Shown: positions 1-12,663 of the stretch, in pieces | How positions within the stretch are numbered: position 1 is the stretch's first letter | Layout: each line of letters opens with the position of its first letter | Assembly (NCBI GenBank): GCA_002189035.1 | Contig: NEEC01000029.1 | Span: 372,001-436,000 of the forward strand | Direction of reading: 5' to 3' | DNA from: Utricularia gibba | Taxonomy: Eukaryota > Plantae > Magnoliophyta | DNA length: 64,000 nt | Made by a program: the position numbers and the translations under genes | The notes under the pieces: generated by a model | The model's input: only the letters and a program-made list of their open reading frames with translations | Databases searched by the model: none | What the model was told of the DNA's origin: nothing

Positions 1-1953
1 AGGACATTTTGGGTATAATGCTAATGGATTTGTGGTGCAGCAACCGGTCAACTCTGGTGTTTCAATTGAGAATACTTTTGGAAGGGTAGGTATTCTACTT
101 GGAAGCTTGCCTTCTTGAATCATATCATGACTTCGTATACTGCGCTTTTGGAATTTTGTTTCCGTGTTTTAATGTGAAGCATGATTCAAGAGTTTCATCT
201 CTGGCACCATTGAATGAATAAGCTGCCTGTTCAAAAGTAAATCGCTTTCTTTGCCGAATCTGAAACTGAATCACTTCCCAACACTAGCAAAGTCATTTGC
301 TGCTCTTTCCATTTCTTTTTGGTGTGTATTTATCTGTTTTTCTTCATTATATTCAGAAGAAGAATGGGTATGCGCATGGAAAAAGGCGGATGAATAGCAG
401 AACGAGCATGGCTCAAAGAGAAGAGGTGATTAGGAGGACTGTTTATGTTTCTGACATCGATCACCAGGTAAACAGAGTTAACTTTTATGTGATTTGTGTT
501 AACTCATTCTTTTATGTCCTCATGCTTCCCACGGGTTGTGCTTGAGATAATGTATGAAAGTGAGAGTGCGTGAGCTAATGAGAGTCAATCTTTCGGTTCT
601 TAAACGAACATACAAGTGTCTTTGTGCACTTCACTAAGCAACAAAGTGTCAAGTGTTATACTTTATTTTAGGGATTTTTTTTTTTTTTTTTGAGATTTTG
701 AGAGGTGTTAGTGAGTTAATGGAAAACAGAACACCATCATTCACATTTATTATGTTTTTTTCAAAGTAGGTTACCGAAGAGCAACTTGCTGCACTCTTCA
801 TCAATTGCGGACAGGTGATTATTCTTAAACTTGGACATCTAACACAACATTTGCATGTGATATTCTTGGTATAATGTGATGAAGGTTGTGGATTGTCGTG
901 TTTGTGGTGATCCAAACTCGGTACTTCGTTTTGCCTTCATTGAATTCACTGATGAAGGTATGCCTGTGTCAGATTATCATTGTGGTCAAAATTACATGGC
1001 TTGTCCTATTTCAATCTGTCCCATTCTATACTTGCAGAAGGGGCGAGGAATGCTTTGAGTTTGGCTGGAACTATGCTTGGATTCTACCCTGTCAGAGTCT
1101 TGCCATCGAAGACTGCAATTGCACCTGTTAATCCTACGTTTTTACCAAGGGTGAGTTAGAATCTGCCCCACCACATTTGATCAATCCTTCCATTGCTAAT
1201 AATCGATAGACCTTCTTTGTCTTCAGTCCGAGGATGAAAGGGAGATGTGCGCGAGAACAATATACTGTACTAACATCGACAAAAAGGTAGCATCTTTTTG
1301 TATTTCCTTTTATGTTTAGAAACTTGATGCATCATTTCTTGAATGCGTGAATTGCAGGTCAGTCAAGCAGATGTCAAACTCTTTTTTGAATCAATATGTG
1401 GAGAGGTTTGTTCTTCCTCACTCATGTCCTAAAGTCTCAACATTGAGTCACCCACTGAGATCTTGACTCTAAACATGCCTATCCAGGTGCATCGCTTGAG
1501 GTTGCTGGGTGATTATCATCATTCAACTCGCATAGCGTTTGTGGAGTTTGTTATGGTAAGCATGACCTTTGATTTTCATGTGACTATGTTGCTGGCTTTA
1601 TTGCATAAGTGGATATTTGGGGGACCGATTCTGCCTTAGAGCTCGTGTAGAAGGTTCCTTTTTGTGATGGAGACAAAGCACTGCGCGATTCTGTTACCCT
1701 TTCTAAATAAGCCTGCCTATATGAATTTCTGCTTAAATGAACGAAATTGATCAGGCTGAGAGTGCGATAGCCGCGCTGAACTGCAGCGGTGCAATTTTAG
1801 GATCACTGCCCATAAGGTTATTTCCTGGACACTCTGGTTTATCTTTGTGTTGGTGGTTGATTGATTCTCTGCTCAGATGTAAGTTGTGTTTTCATCAGGG
1901 TGAGCCCATCAAAGACACCGGTTCGGCCACGAACTGCACGTCCGCTGCGCTGA
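1..1953 (+). CDS. Polyadenylate-binding protein-interacting protein (CID8-13 family, two RRMs); 5' end lies outside the window
   Basis: GT-AG spliced exons give GKRRMNSRTSMAQREEVIRRTVYVSDIDHQ / VTEEQLAALFINCGQ / VVDCRVCGDPNSVLRFAFIEFTDE / GARNALSLAGTMLGFYPVRVLPSKTAIAPVNPTFLPR / SEDEREMCARTIYCTNIDKK / ... VSPSKTPVRPRTARPLR* (TGA 1951-1953). Confidence 0.93.
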
Positions 1954-2690
1954 GGTGTCTGTCTGTCTGCCTGGTTGGATTGTGAGGTGTGAGCCCAGTG
2001 CCAGTGCATACGTAGAACCCTGAGCTGCAGGATGGTGTTCGGTTAACTTAAGCTGCTGCAGCAGCCACATTCGTAGTTGAGTCGAGTAGAGCAACAACAT
2101 GATGTGCTTCCTTGTTGTTGTTGGTGGTGGTGTTAGGGACCCCCCAAGTGGAACGAGAACCTGCGTTTCACAGGGTTGTCATGGGATTCTGCTACTGCTA
2201 CTGTTTGGTTGCATTCTTCCTTTTTCACCTGCCACTGCGATTACCCACCAAAAAATAACCCAATGCACAACGGAGCGTAGTGTCCACCCGTCCAATCTGG
2301 ATTTGAGCTGACTGGTCAGGGTACCAACCAACGAGCAGAAAGCATTGCCACTTCGATAAAAATCTAGAATCATTTTGCTTACCAATTCCGTTTTTATTTA
2401 ATTAGAATATATACGCCCAAACATAGCAGAAAAGCACGGGCGACTGAAGTTGCATGCTGTTGGGCAGATGTGGCGTGTGACTCACACACCACAAATTCAA
2501 ATCTAACCAAAATTCAATCTTTCAATTCTGTTGTCACAACAGCCTGATGGGATTTCATAAACAGCAATGGAGTTTCTGGAGGTTTCTATTTCCATCCACA
2601 AACTCTTGCTCACCACCACCCAAGGCCACAGACTCACACCATCTCTTCTACAATGGAAAATGCTGATTCAGAAGAATGACAGAAGCTGAT

Positions 2691-5600
2691 CTATCGTCTT
2701 GCAACCGTGGGAGCAGCAGATGTTGATCTGAGTAAGGGTCATCTAGTAAGTTTCTGGCCTGGGAGCAGAGCAGAAACTAGTTGGTTTAAGGACTCAAGTA
2801 CCTGCCACTTTGTTTCCTAGGTGCACTTGGGGTAAATCTCGCAGGAGATACTGTGCCACCTTGATGGATATCGCCTCTGTCGGCGTCTGTTATGATACCG
2901 ACTGTCAGTGGTAGAGATCCACCAGGCCCACTTTCGGCACTAGCACTGCTCGATATTTTAACATTTGAAACTCCAGTGGGGAAAGCAGAGCGACCTCCAT
3001 TCTGCATTGAGAATTCGGAAAAACCCGAGGAGTCATCGCGACATCAGACATAGCAACTCAAATTGTCTGCGCACTTACAGATGAGGCGTCGAGAGAAGAT
3101 GCCTTTTTCAATCGTTGGGACTGTGCCATGGGCGTCAAAGCCACAGATGGAAACAATGATGAATGCGAAGGTGGTGGCGCTGCAGCAGCCGCTTCTATTT
3201 TAGCAGCAACAGCCATAGCAGCAATGATTTTTTGCGCACCTTCTCGAAGCTGGATGTTGTCCCCCTCAATTAGAAATAACTACCATATACAAAAAAACAA
3301 AAAAAAAATAGTGAGAACATGATTATTGTACTTCAGAACTGTAATGAGAAACAATTTGAAAAATTACTTCCGGATGGCTGGCCACAAACTCATCAAGCTT
3401 CCCATACTTTCTCTTATAATCATGCCAGTGTAGTGGAGCAAGCATTTTTCCGAGTCTATTTGGGAGCTGCCCAATTGAAGCACAATGTCACTGACAATAG
3501 CATTCTCATAGAATACAAATGAATGTCTAATAAAGAAAAAAAAACATCTCACAGTTGAACTAATCTTTATCCTGCCACCGGAGCCAATTGAGCGTGCAAT
3601 ACAGGCCAGTAGTGCTCTTTCATCCATCAGATAGCTTTCCAAGGGTTTGTCCACTGAGTGGAATTTCTGCCTTGCAGAAACATATGAAACCGACACTCCT
3701 GCAGTGCTATTTGGAGAAGCTTCACTACTATTCTCGATATGATTGGGGAGTTCAGATGGCACTGCTTGATTAGAAACAATTGCTTGTTCCAGAGGAGTGG
3801 CGTTCTCAGCCAATTCATGATTATTGACAACCGCAACTGGCTTCTCCTGTGACTCAAAGTATTCATCATGTAAAAAAAAATAAACAGAAGTATATGCAAA
3901 AGAAGTATCATGAAGTAGTATTCTTGTCAGTTGGAAGACCCCAAGCAAATAATCATTTAACCTTTATTTCATTTCCAACAGCAAGAGCATCCAGACATAG
4001 AGACTTGTGAGCCGATTCCATGGTGTTTTTAGCAGGGCTGGCAGTGCCATTGCTGGTATCCACAAAATCATGCACCTAGATACATTTGACATGGTTATAA
4101 AAAGCAGAAGATAGTAACACAGACACATTAAAACATATCAACACCAACCTGCCCCATTGCCCCTGATATCAGGATCGCAGGACCCACCTCCAATCCCTGA
4201 CCAACCTCAGAATTCAGCATATTTCCACTGCTATCTTGCCCATTTATTGGTTCCCCATGGCCATAATTAGAATCAGCCTTCAAAACATGTTCCTCTGCCT
4301 TGATAACAGATTGATCGGGCAATGGAATCTTTTCTCCATCCACAGGGGCCTTACATATGGTAAAGAAAACACGCATGAAATCGAAGGACAGTAAAAAAAA
4401 AAAACCATATGAACAAACCATAATGAAGAGAATGGCTACCTGCTGGTTCACCCAGTTTTGAGCAGAAGAAATTCCATGTAGGGAAACAAAATGAGTCAAC
4501 CCTTGTTGATGCATTAGAAATGGATGCAGCGAAGATGGAAGGTAGGTTGGCATTCCATATAGGGATGAAGCATAAGGAAGCCCATGGGCACCCTCCGGCT
4601 GGTACAGATTAGAAATTAGCCATAGAAAATTCTTAAAACATAATTTACAGAAATTTTTCTACAAACTTAAATATTTAACTTTTTAGAGATATAACCCCGG
4701 AGTTCTTTTATTAATGATTTAGAATTGAAGAGCTACTCAAATGGAAGAGACATGCCATAGGACTAAGTGAAGGCTGTAGGCTGGAATGCTAATACAGCAT
4801 GACCCTAATCTCACTAGATTGGCTGTTAAAGTGACACCAAATCAATTGCATAGGTTTCACATTCTAACCTGAGAGGTATTCACCATAGAACTTTCAAAAC
4901 TTCTGTCTTGCAAGCTTCCATTAGGTGAAATAGATGAATTGCTGTCATTAATCTCCAAGGGGTTACTACTGACATGTACAACTCGAGATGCATCACTCGA
5001 ATTCGTGCTAGAGGGGTGCGATCCATTGGTATGACTGCCATTTTTTTCTCTAGCATCAGCCAGTTCGCGCTGAAGCTGCTGTATATGTAAATGAAGCCTT
5101 TCCATGTCCCCAAACTAACACAAAACAAAGTATCAGTCTACAGGCAATAAAAAAGCTATAAAGAACTCTAGGTTCTGGATCCAACATATTTGAACATCAA
5201 TAAACCTGTCTTTGAAAACCAAGCCACAGCTGATTATATTGTTCTGTTCGCTCTCGGAGCTCAACTTGTAGAGTCTGGTTAGCAGATGATTGCAGGGTTT
5301 CCATCTCTTGAGCACGACTTATCCAAGTTTGTGCATCTCTTATCTGGTCTTCTTTATAGATGATAGCCTCTTGAGCTACCCTATGCTGGAATAAATTTAC
5401 AGTAAATTCACTAGATAAGCAGCAGACAACAATTCTCTCCATGAAGAAAACAAACCTGCTCCTGCAGCTCTATCATTTGGCGTTCTTTTTCTTGTATATG
5501 CTCTTGAAGATCATGAATTTGTTTAATGTGCTGCACCCTTTCGGCCTCAGAATTATCTCTCTCCATTCTAAAAAGATAATATGTTCATATCACGCTATGA

Positions 5601-6836
5601 AATGAAATACTCATGTAAATCAATATCAGTATCCCAAGTTAGTATGTAATGGTGCATGATAAGGATTGCGCATGAAAATATAAAATTGCCATGATGGGAA
5701 AAGAAACCAATGATCAGGTGACCATTCATAAAGAAGAAAATGTGAAATTATAAGACATCACATAAGCTACACCTGTAACTCTGGAGTTCTTCACTTTGTT
5801 CCCTGAGGAGATCATCCTTGGCCCATGCATGCTAAAATAGAGGAAAATTATGAATTAACAAGAAAATCACACAAAAAGAGCACCGGATCATAAGAAGAAA
5901 ATATTATTCTTTGGACGAACTGCTTCATTATCCATCCTTATGGCATGCAATTCTCTTTCCTTCTCATCCAGCATCTTCTCAAGTTCATGTATTCTCATTT
6001 CCTTCTCGTGAAATTGTTCCTGAAAAATAAGAATAAAATTTACCAAGGAATATAGCAGAAGGGAAGCATGACTAACAGAGAGTTAAAACATTCTAGAAAC
6101 TGCAAACATTATAGAAAGCATTTATTTATTGGCATACGTGTGCAAATGAGGACTAAAATAAGAATTGCGGAAACCTGGAGTTTCTTAGTAGCATTTGCAT
6201 GTTCTTTTGCTTGAGAATCAAAAGCTTTTTGAAAGCCAGCAATTTCAGATCTCACTAAAACTTGTGCATGAAGCTCAATCTCCATGCGCTGCAACTCCTC
6301 CCTTTGTTTCGAAACAGTATGAAGTTTCTGCTGCAGTATGCCATCATCTGAAACATCATCAATCCTTACGGAAAAAAAATTCACCTCCACTGGCTCTCTT
6401 CCGCGCTGCACCTTTACATGACACACAAAGTAACGGTCTTAGGCACCAACATCAAAGGTGGAAGATGCACACCCAGGAAGAATCCTGAATAGAGGGTTTC
6501 CTTGTATCATTACTTCCGTACAGCCAATACCTCATATATCGATCTCCCATCCCGCTGACCCATTTTTGAGCGTTCCAAACCCTATGCATATGTGAAAAGG
6601 GGGAAAACAAAACTGCATTCCATCACATACTATTTTCTAGAAAAGCATCTCTTGTGTGCGTATGAACCCGGAGCACAGACAAAAATGCAACTAGATTTCA
6701 CCTCGTTAGCGGAATTTCCAAGAGTCGCATCACTAACGACACGCCACTCCTTACGGGAAGACGACGACGTAGACAAAACCTGTGGAAAATGAACCCCTCC
6801 ATTCCGCGCTACGGCGGGAGCACCGGGCTCCTCCAT
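2691..6836 (-). CDS. Conserved uncharacterised plant coiled-coil protein with a conserved C-terminal domain (At5g08440/At5g23490-like, recalled)
   Basis: ATG 6836 (MEEPGAPAVARNGG); exons DDGILQQKLHTVSKQREELQRMEIELHAQ, QHRVAQEAIIYKEDQIRDAQTWISRAQEMETLQSSANQTLQVELRERTEQYNQLWLGFQRQ, LMDERALLACIARSIGSGGRIKISST, IEGDNIQLREGAQKIIAAMAVAAKIEAAAA; last exon RSTSAAPTVARR* (stop 2691-2693). Confidence 0.82.
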
Positions 6837-7305
6837 AACTACACCTTTTTTTCTCAAAAAACAAAAGCCCTAGTAGATTCTCATACAATTCCGCAGCATC
6901 CGACAGCAAAACAAATTGCAAGAACCCAAAATAAGCACACTGGAGTGAAGATCCCACTAGGGAGGGCGAAGAAGCAAGAAGACCTACTGATTGGGAATCG
7001 GAGGTTCTCGTACTCCGGGTGGGGGCACCTTCGAGAATTACGGGTTTTAGAAGGGCACTTCTGAAACCGGAGGCGAAACATTTTGATTCTTTTCGCATAA
7101 ATAATTAGGTTTAAGAAGTTCGACGTCATACTAAAAAATTAAGTTATGGCTGTTGCCTGTTGGGTTTGATGAAATAAATAACTCCAATACCCAATTGGGT
7201 TACTCACAACAACATTTGATTAATAGAGACGAACACAACACGACGCCGCCGTTCAATGTTAAAGTGCAGACGACCAACAGCAGCAATAGCTCTTCCCTGC
7301 GCACT

Positions 7306-8190
<885 letters not shown>

Positions 8191-8213
8191 CTAGGGCTTC
8201 TGTCTGAAACAGC

Positions 8214-8242
8214 AGGCCCAGTTTCGTCCTACAAAAAGCCCA
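8214..8242. promoter_or_regulatory. Site II (TCP-type, GCCCA) motifs upstream of RPL40
   Basis: AGGCCCA and AAGCCCA within about 110 nt of the RPL40 ATG; this arrangement is typical of plant ribosomal protein promoters. Confidence 0.5.
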
Positions 8243-9209
8243 GGGATTGATTCCCTTTGAGAGGAGGTGTGAATGTGGTTAACTTCTGTGTCATTGGGCT
8301 CGGTGGGAGTTGGAAAGAAGAGTCACATGGCATGACCTTGGATTGCTGTGTTGATGGGAAGGCAGGCAGGCAGACAGGCTGCATCTAAAGCCTTGAAGAG
8401 TCGTCATCTTCCTAAGTTGATGGTTGGCGTGCATGAATCTAATCAAGTTCACGATCTGGACAAATGCTTTCTTTCCACGGAGAATCGAAAATCAAGTGGG
8501 TAGGGTAGCGAGGAGTAAAATCGCGGGCACTCTCCTCCTCACATGGAGTAAGTTCACGCTATCCGCCTTCCCCTCCTGACATCAAGCCCCCCATCCTCCG
8601 CCCCGAAATACTACAGCTACCCCATGTATTATTCTTAATCGCCTCAAGTTTAAGACTAATCCAAACCCCTCCTGGAGGAATGTGTCACGGCGTACGAGAT
8701 GGACGTTCCCAAAAAAGCTCCCATCTTCTCCTTTTCTGGTCAAAAGAAACAACAGACGCACACATACCACGAGACAATGTTCTCGTCCACAGGGACGAAC
8801 TGGTAAGAAATTCTATTCCACACAAGAAATGTTCAAACTTTTACCAAAATTAGTGTTCACCGATCAGGCAAAACGACAGCGGTCTTGATTTTGATACGCG
8901 GCACCGGGGATCTTGAATTTTCCTCCATCCATTTAAGCCCCTATTCCGTTCTCTGCTTCTGCAGCATTTCATTCATATGCACATAACCCCAAAAAGGAAA
9001 AAAGGGGAAAAAAAAAAAAAAGAGTGCGGGGTAATAGGCAGCTCACAATAAATTCGACTTCCTGCAAGGCTGGCTTCATCATTGTGTTCTGTTCATCCTT
9101 CTTTAATGGCAGTTGATCCGTAGCTTAAATCCCTTGCCTCCCCCACCTTCGAACCCCGCTGAGAGGTTTTTTCAAGTTGATTCAAACAATTCCTCCCTAG
9201 TTGGGAGCC

Positions 9210-10630
9210 ATGGTGGTGGTGAATTCCTCCACGGTCCCTGTTTTATCGGTTGTTTTAGTGGGTGTGGCTTTGGGATTTCTACTTCGAGCAAGTTTGATTG
9301 TTTTCCTGAAGAAGCTGCGCAATGCTCTGGAGAGTAAATGCTATGTTCATCAGTTTTACAAGGTGCCGAAATTCAATGAGAATATGCAGGAGAATCTACT
9401 CTATCGAAAGGTATATGCGTACCTAAATTTGCTTCCGTCCGTTGGGGAATCCGACTTTGCGAACCTGTGTTCGAGTTCGCGGTCGTCGGAGATCAACGTG
9501 ATTCTTGATGAGAGTCAGGTAACGGTAGACGAATTTCTCGATGCCAGAGTCGAGTGGAGGATCGACAGTGGCGGAGAAAGTAGAGCGAAATCGCTGATAA
9601 TGAGGATAAGGAAGGACAGGCGTAGAATTCTGATACCTTATTTGCAGCACATTCATCAAGTGTATGATGAAATGGAGCAGAAGAGAAAAACGGTCCGATT
9701 GTTCGTAAACGTTGAGAATGATCCGGCGGCGAACGGGCGGTGGAGATCAACTCCATTTACGCACCCAGCCACCATGGAGACGATAGTGATGGATCCTGAT
9801 CTGAAAACGAGAATCAAATCCGATTTGGAGAATTTCCTCAAATCCAGGCAGTTTTACCACCGGTTAGGCCGCGTCTGGAAGAGAAGCTACCTGCTGTACG
9901 GCTGCGCGGGGACCGGTAAATCGACTTTCATCGCCGCGATGGCCAAGTTCCTCAGCTACGACATTTACGAAATCGATCTCCACAAACTGAAGTGCAATTC
10001 AGACCTCAAATGCCTCCTCCTCCAAACTACCACCAAATCGTTAGTCGTAATCGAGGATGTCGACCGCTACTTGGGGGACGAATCGAGTTCCGTCACCGTA
10101 TCCGGAATCCTGGATTTCATGGACGGCCTGCTCTCCGGGTGCAGCGAGGAACGCGTGATGGTTTTCACGATGAACAACAAAGAAAACGCGGAGTCAGCCC
10201 TCCTCCGTCCGGGAAGAATCGACGTTCACATCCATTTCCCCCTGTGCGACTTCGGTGCATTCAAATGCCTTGCGAGCAGTCATTTAGGGCTCAAGGACCA
10301 CAGACTCTTTCCCCAACTGGAAGAAATATTTCAGACAGGGGCCACACTGAGCCAGGCGGAGGTATGCCAGATCCTGATATCCAACCGCACCTCCCAAGCC
10401 GCGCCTTGAAAACCGTGATTTCCGCACTGGAGATCGACTCCGCGGGGCGGTTGGGAAAAGGGCTGAACCGCAACCAAGGTGTGGAGGAGTGCATTCAGGT
10501 GGGAAGCTTGGTGAAGGATGGGCAGACTGGAATCCACCCCATCAAAGAGATGAAGAATTTGTACGGGCTGCTGAGAGCCCGCAGTAGAAAAGTGTCGGTG
10601 GATGTTGATGAGAATGAGAAAGAAAGCTGA
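9210..10630 (+). CDS. BCS1-like plant AAA+ ATPase (At2g46620-type), intronless; 1-nt frameshift at about 10393
   Basis: N-terminal hydrophobic anchor, W-x-S-x-P-F-T-H-P-A-T motif, Walker A GCAGTGKS, Walker B VIEDVD, ALLRPGRIDVHIHFP; after the shift the second frame continues SRALKTVISALEIDS...MKNLYGLLRARSRK to TGA 10628-10630. Confidence 0.92.
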
Positions 10631-12663
10631 ACCGAGGGGTGGTGGTGGTGATAGGGACGGCCAAGAAGCCACCCGGAGATGCCATGGATGGATAACCTGC
10701 GAGTTACCATAATACCCCGCTGATCAAACGCCACAGATGAGATGAGATCGGATCGGATCGCCCACACCAAAAAGGAAGCCTCCACACGGCGATGATGGAT
10801 GATGCACAGCCACAGAAAAGGGATCATCGTGTGTGTATGGCGATGCGGCAGCGTGTGTGTTGGATGAGAGAGTTGTGAAGGCGTTGCGGTGCACCCTCCC
10901 CAATTCCCCAATCCCCATCCCAGGAGCTGAAGAAGATTGTGTTCTGGGGTGGGGCCTCCACTGAACTCTCTGCTTGCTCGTGTTGTGTATAATAAAGAAA
11001 TAAATGATGTTGTTACTACTACACGAGAGAATGGGAATGGCGGATGGGGCGAGGAGTGAGTGAGTCGCTAAATATGCTGGTACCAATAAAACGTGGCAGA
11101 AGATTGGACAGACATTGACGGGGCGTGGCCCCCCGGCGAAAGCGCGAAGCCAAGGGGAGGGGAGGCCTTGTGTCGTCTGTCAGACGCCTGCCCTGCCCTG
11201 CTCTGCCTCGCATTCCATTCCATTGCTTCCAGTTGCAGGTTGCAGGTTGCAGCAGCAGCAGGGTGGACGAAGAAGGGGGGAATGGAGTAAAGAAGGATCA
11301 CAGGTTGTGTGTGTGCCCACCCCCAGCCTACCATTTCACACAACTGTGTGTGTGTATGCGGGTGTGTTAATCCGATTCCAGACCCACCCACATCGGTGAA
11401 TGGGTGGGTGTGCACAAAAAGGCTAGGCACCAGGATGGGATGGTGTTGTTGGTGTTCATCAGGTTTGAGATTGTGTGTTGGGACATGGGGGAACAATCTA
11501 CAATACGCGCATCCATACATCATGTTGTCGCATGTGCATGGGCATTTAGGTCATTTCCATCCATATATCATCTGTACGGAGGATGTATGGATGGAATGCC
11601 CTCCCTCCCTCCCTCCCTCCATGATAGGGGTAGGTGAGTCAACGGCGTTGGTTGCAAGGACACACACAAGTGGAATGATGAACGGGTCAAACCAGCCATC
11701 GCCCGCCCGCCTGCCTGCGTAATCATCCAATCCCTTCATTTGTTAATTGTAATGAATAAAGCAGGAAGAGGGGTATCCAGGATTTCCTGAAACCCTCAAC
11801 TGTTTGATTGCACAATTCATCCTCTAATGTTCACCCTTGTTTTTTTATGTGTATCAGAATAATTGGTCCATTTTATTCAAACGGGGCTTGACCCAAGACG
11901 AGTTGCCTGGGGGCGGGCCTTGCACTCCTCACTTTGACCCAAGACGGGAGATCATTATTTTGTTCTCAAAAATAATGATCGAGATCTCTCCTTTTTATGC
12001 CATATTTTGTGGATCTTCCAGCCCCTTCATTTTGTATTCAAGATCCCGTCCGGCTGTATTGTATTTCTATTAATATTTGCAGTTGAATGGACAACGACAG
12101 CGCCACCCCCTCCCTTCCCTTCACTCTTTTAATGGCTGTGGTGTGGTCAGTCCCGGTGTGCTCCCTTCTTGCGCACCCGACGACCTCAACATTTATCCCA
12201 CGAAAACTCACCCATCCATCTGACCCTCTCCCCTCTATTCTATTCTTCTCTTTTCCTCCCGATTCGTCTTGGGTTTTTTTTTTTTTCTCTGGTAACAGCC
12301 CAAGGGAAGATGAAGCACCACGATGTCGATGTAATGGGCTCTTCGGACGAGAGTTTTCATTTTAAAATGTTGTGCTTGTCGGAGGGGATGGGTAAAATGT
12401 ATTGGGATTTTGAATGGTTTTCGGTGGTGGGATTCTGATTCCGATGCGTGGTTTGAGAAAAAAAGGGCTGTCTTTCTCTCTCCCGATTCAATTCTATATG
12501 AGAGAACCCGTTCCCGGGGAAGACGAGTGTTACCGTAATGGATCTGCTGCACACTAACTCCTCATTTTCTATGTTCTGTATTCCTTTCCGTGACTGACGC
12601 CAAAAAGCCCGTCTTCGGTTCGTCGTTGGGGGCATCGGATTTCTGGCTCTTGGAATAAAAGTA

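Noticed and set aside
10381-10409. Truncated AAA ATPase ending RTSQAAP*
   Set aside because: Adding one C restores RTSPSRALKTVISAL and the conserved C-terminus; a probable assembly error.
10495-11740. Cluster of 100-150 aa ORFs on both strands between the AAA and WD40 genes
   Set aside because: Low-complexity products of GC-rich microsatellite DNA with no splice-consistent or recognisable domains.
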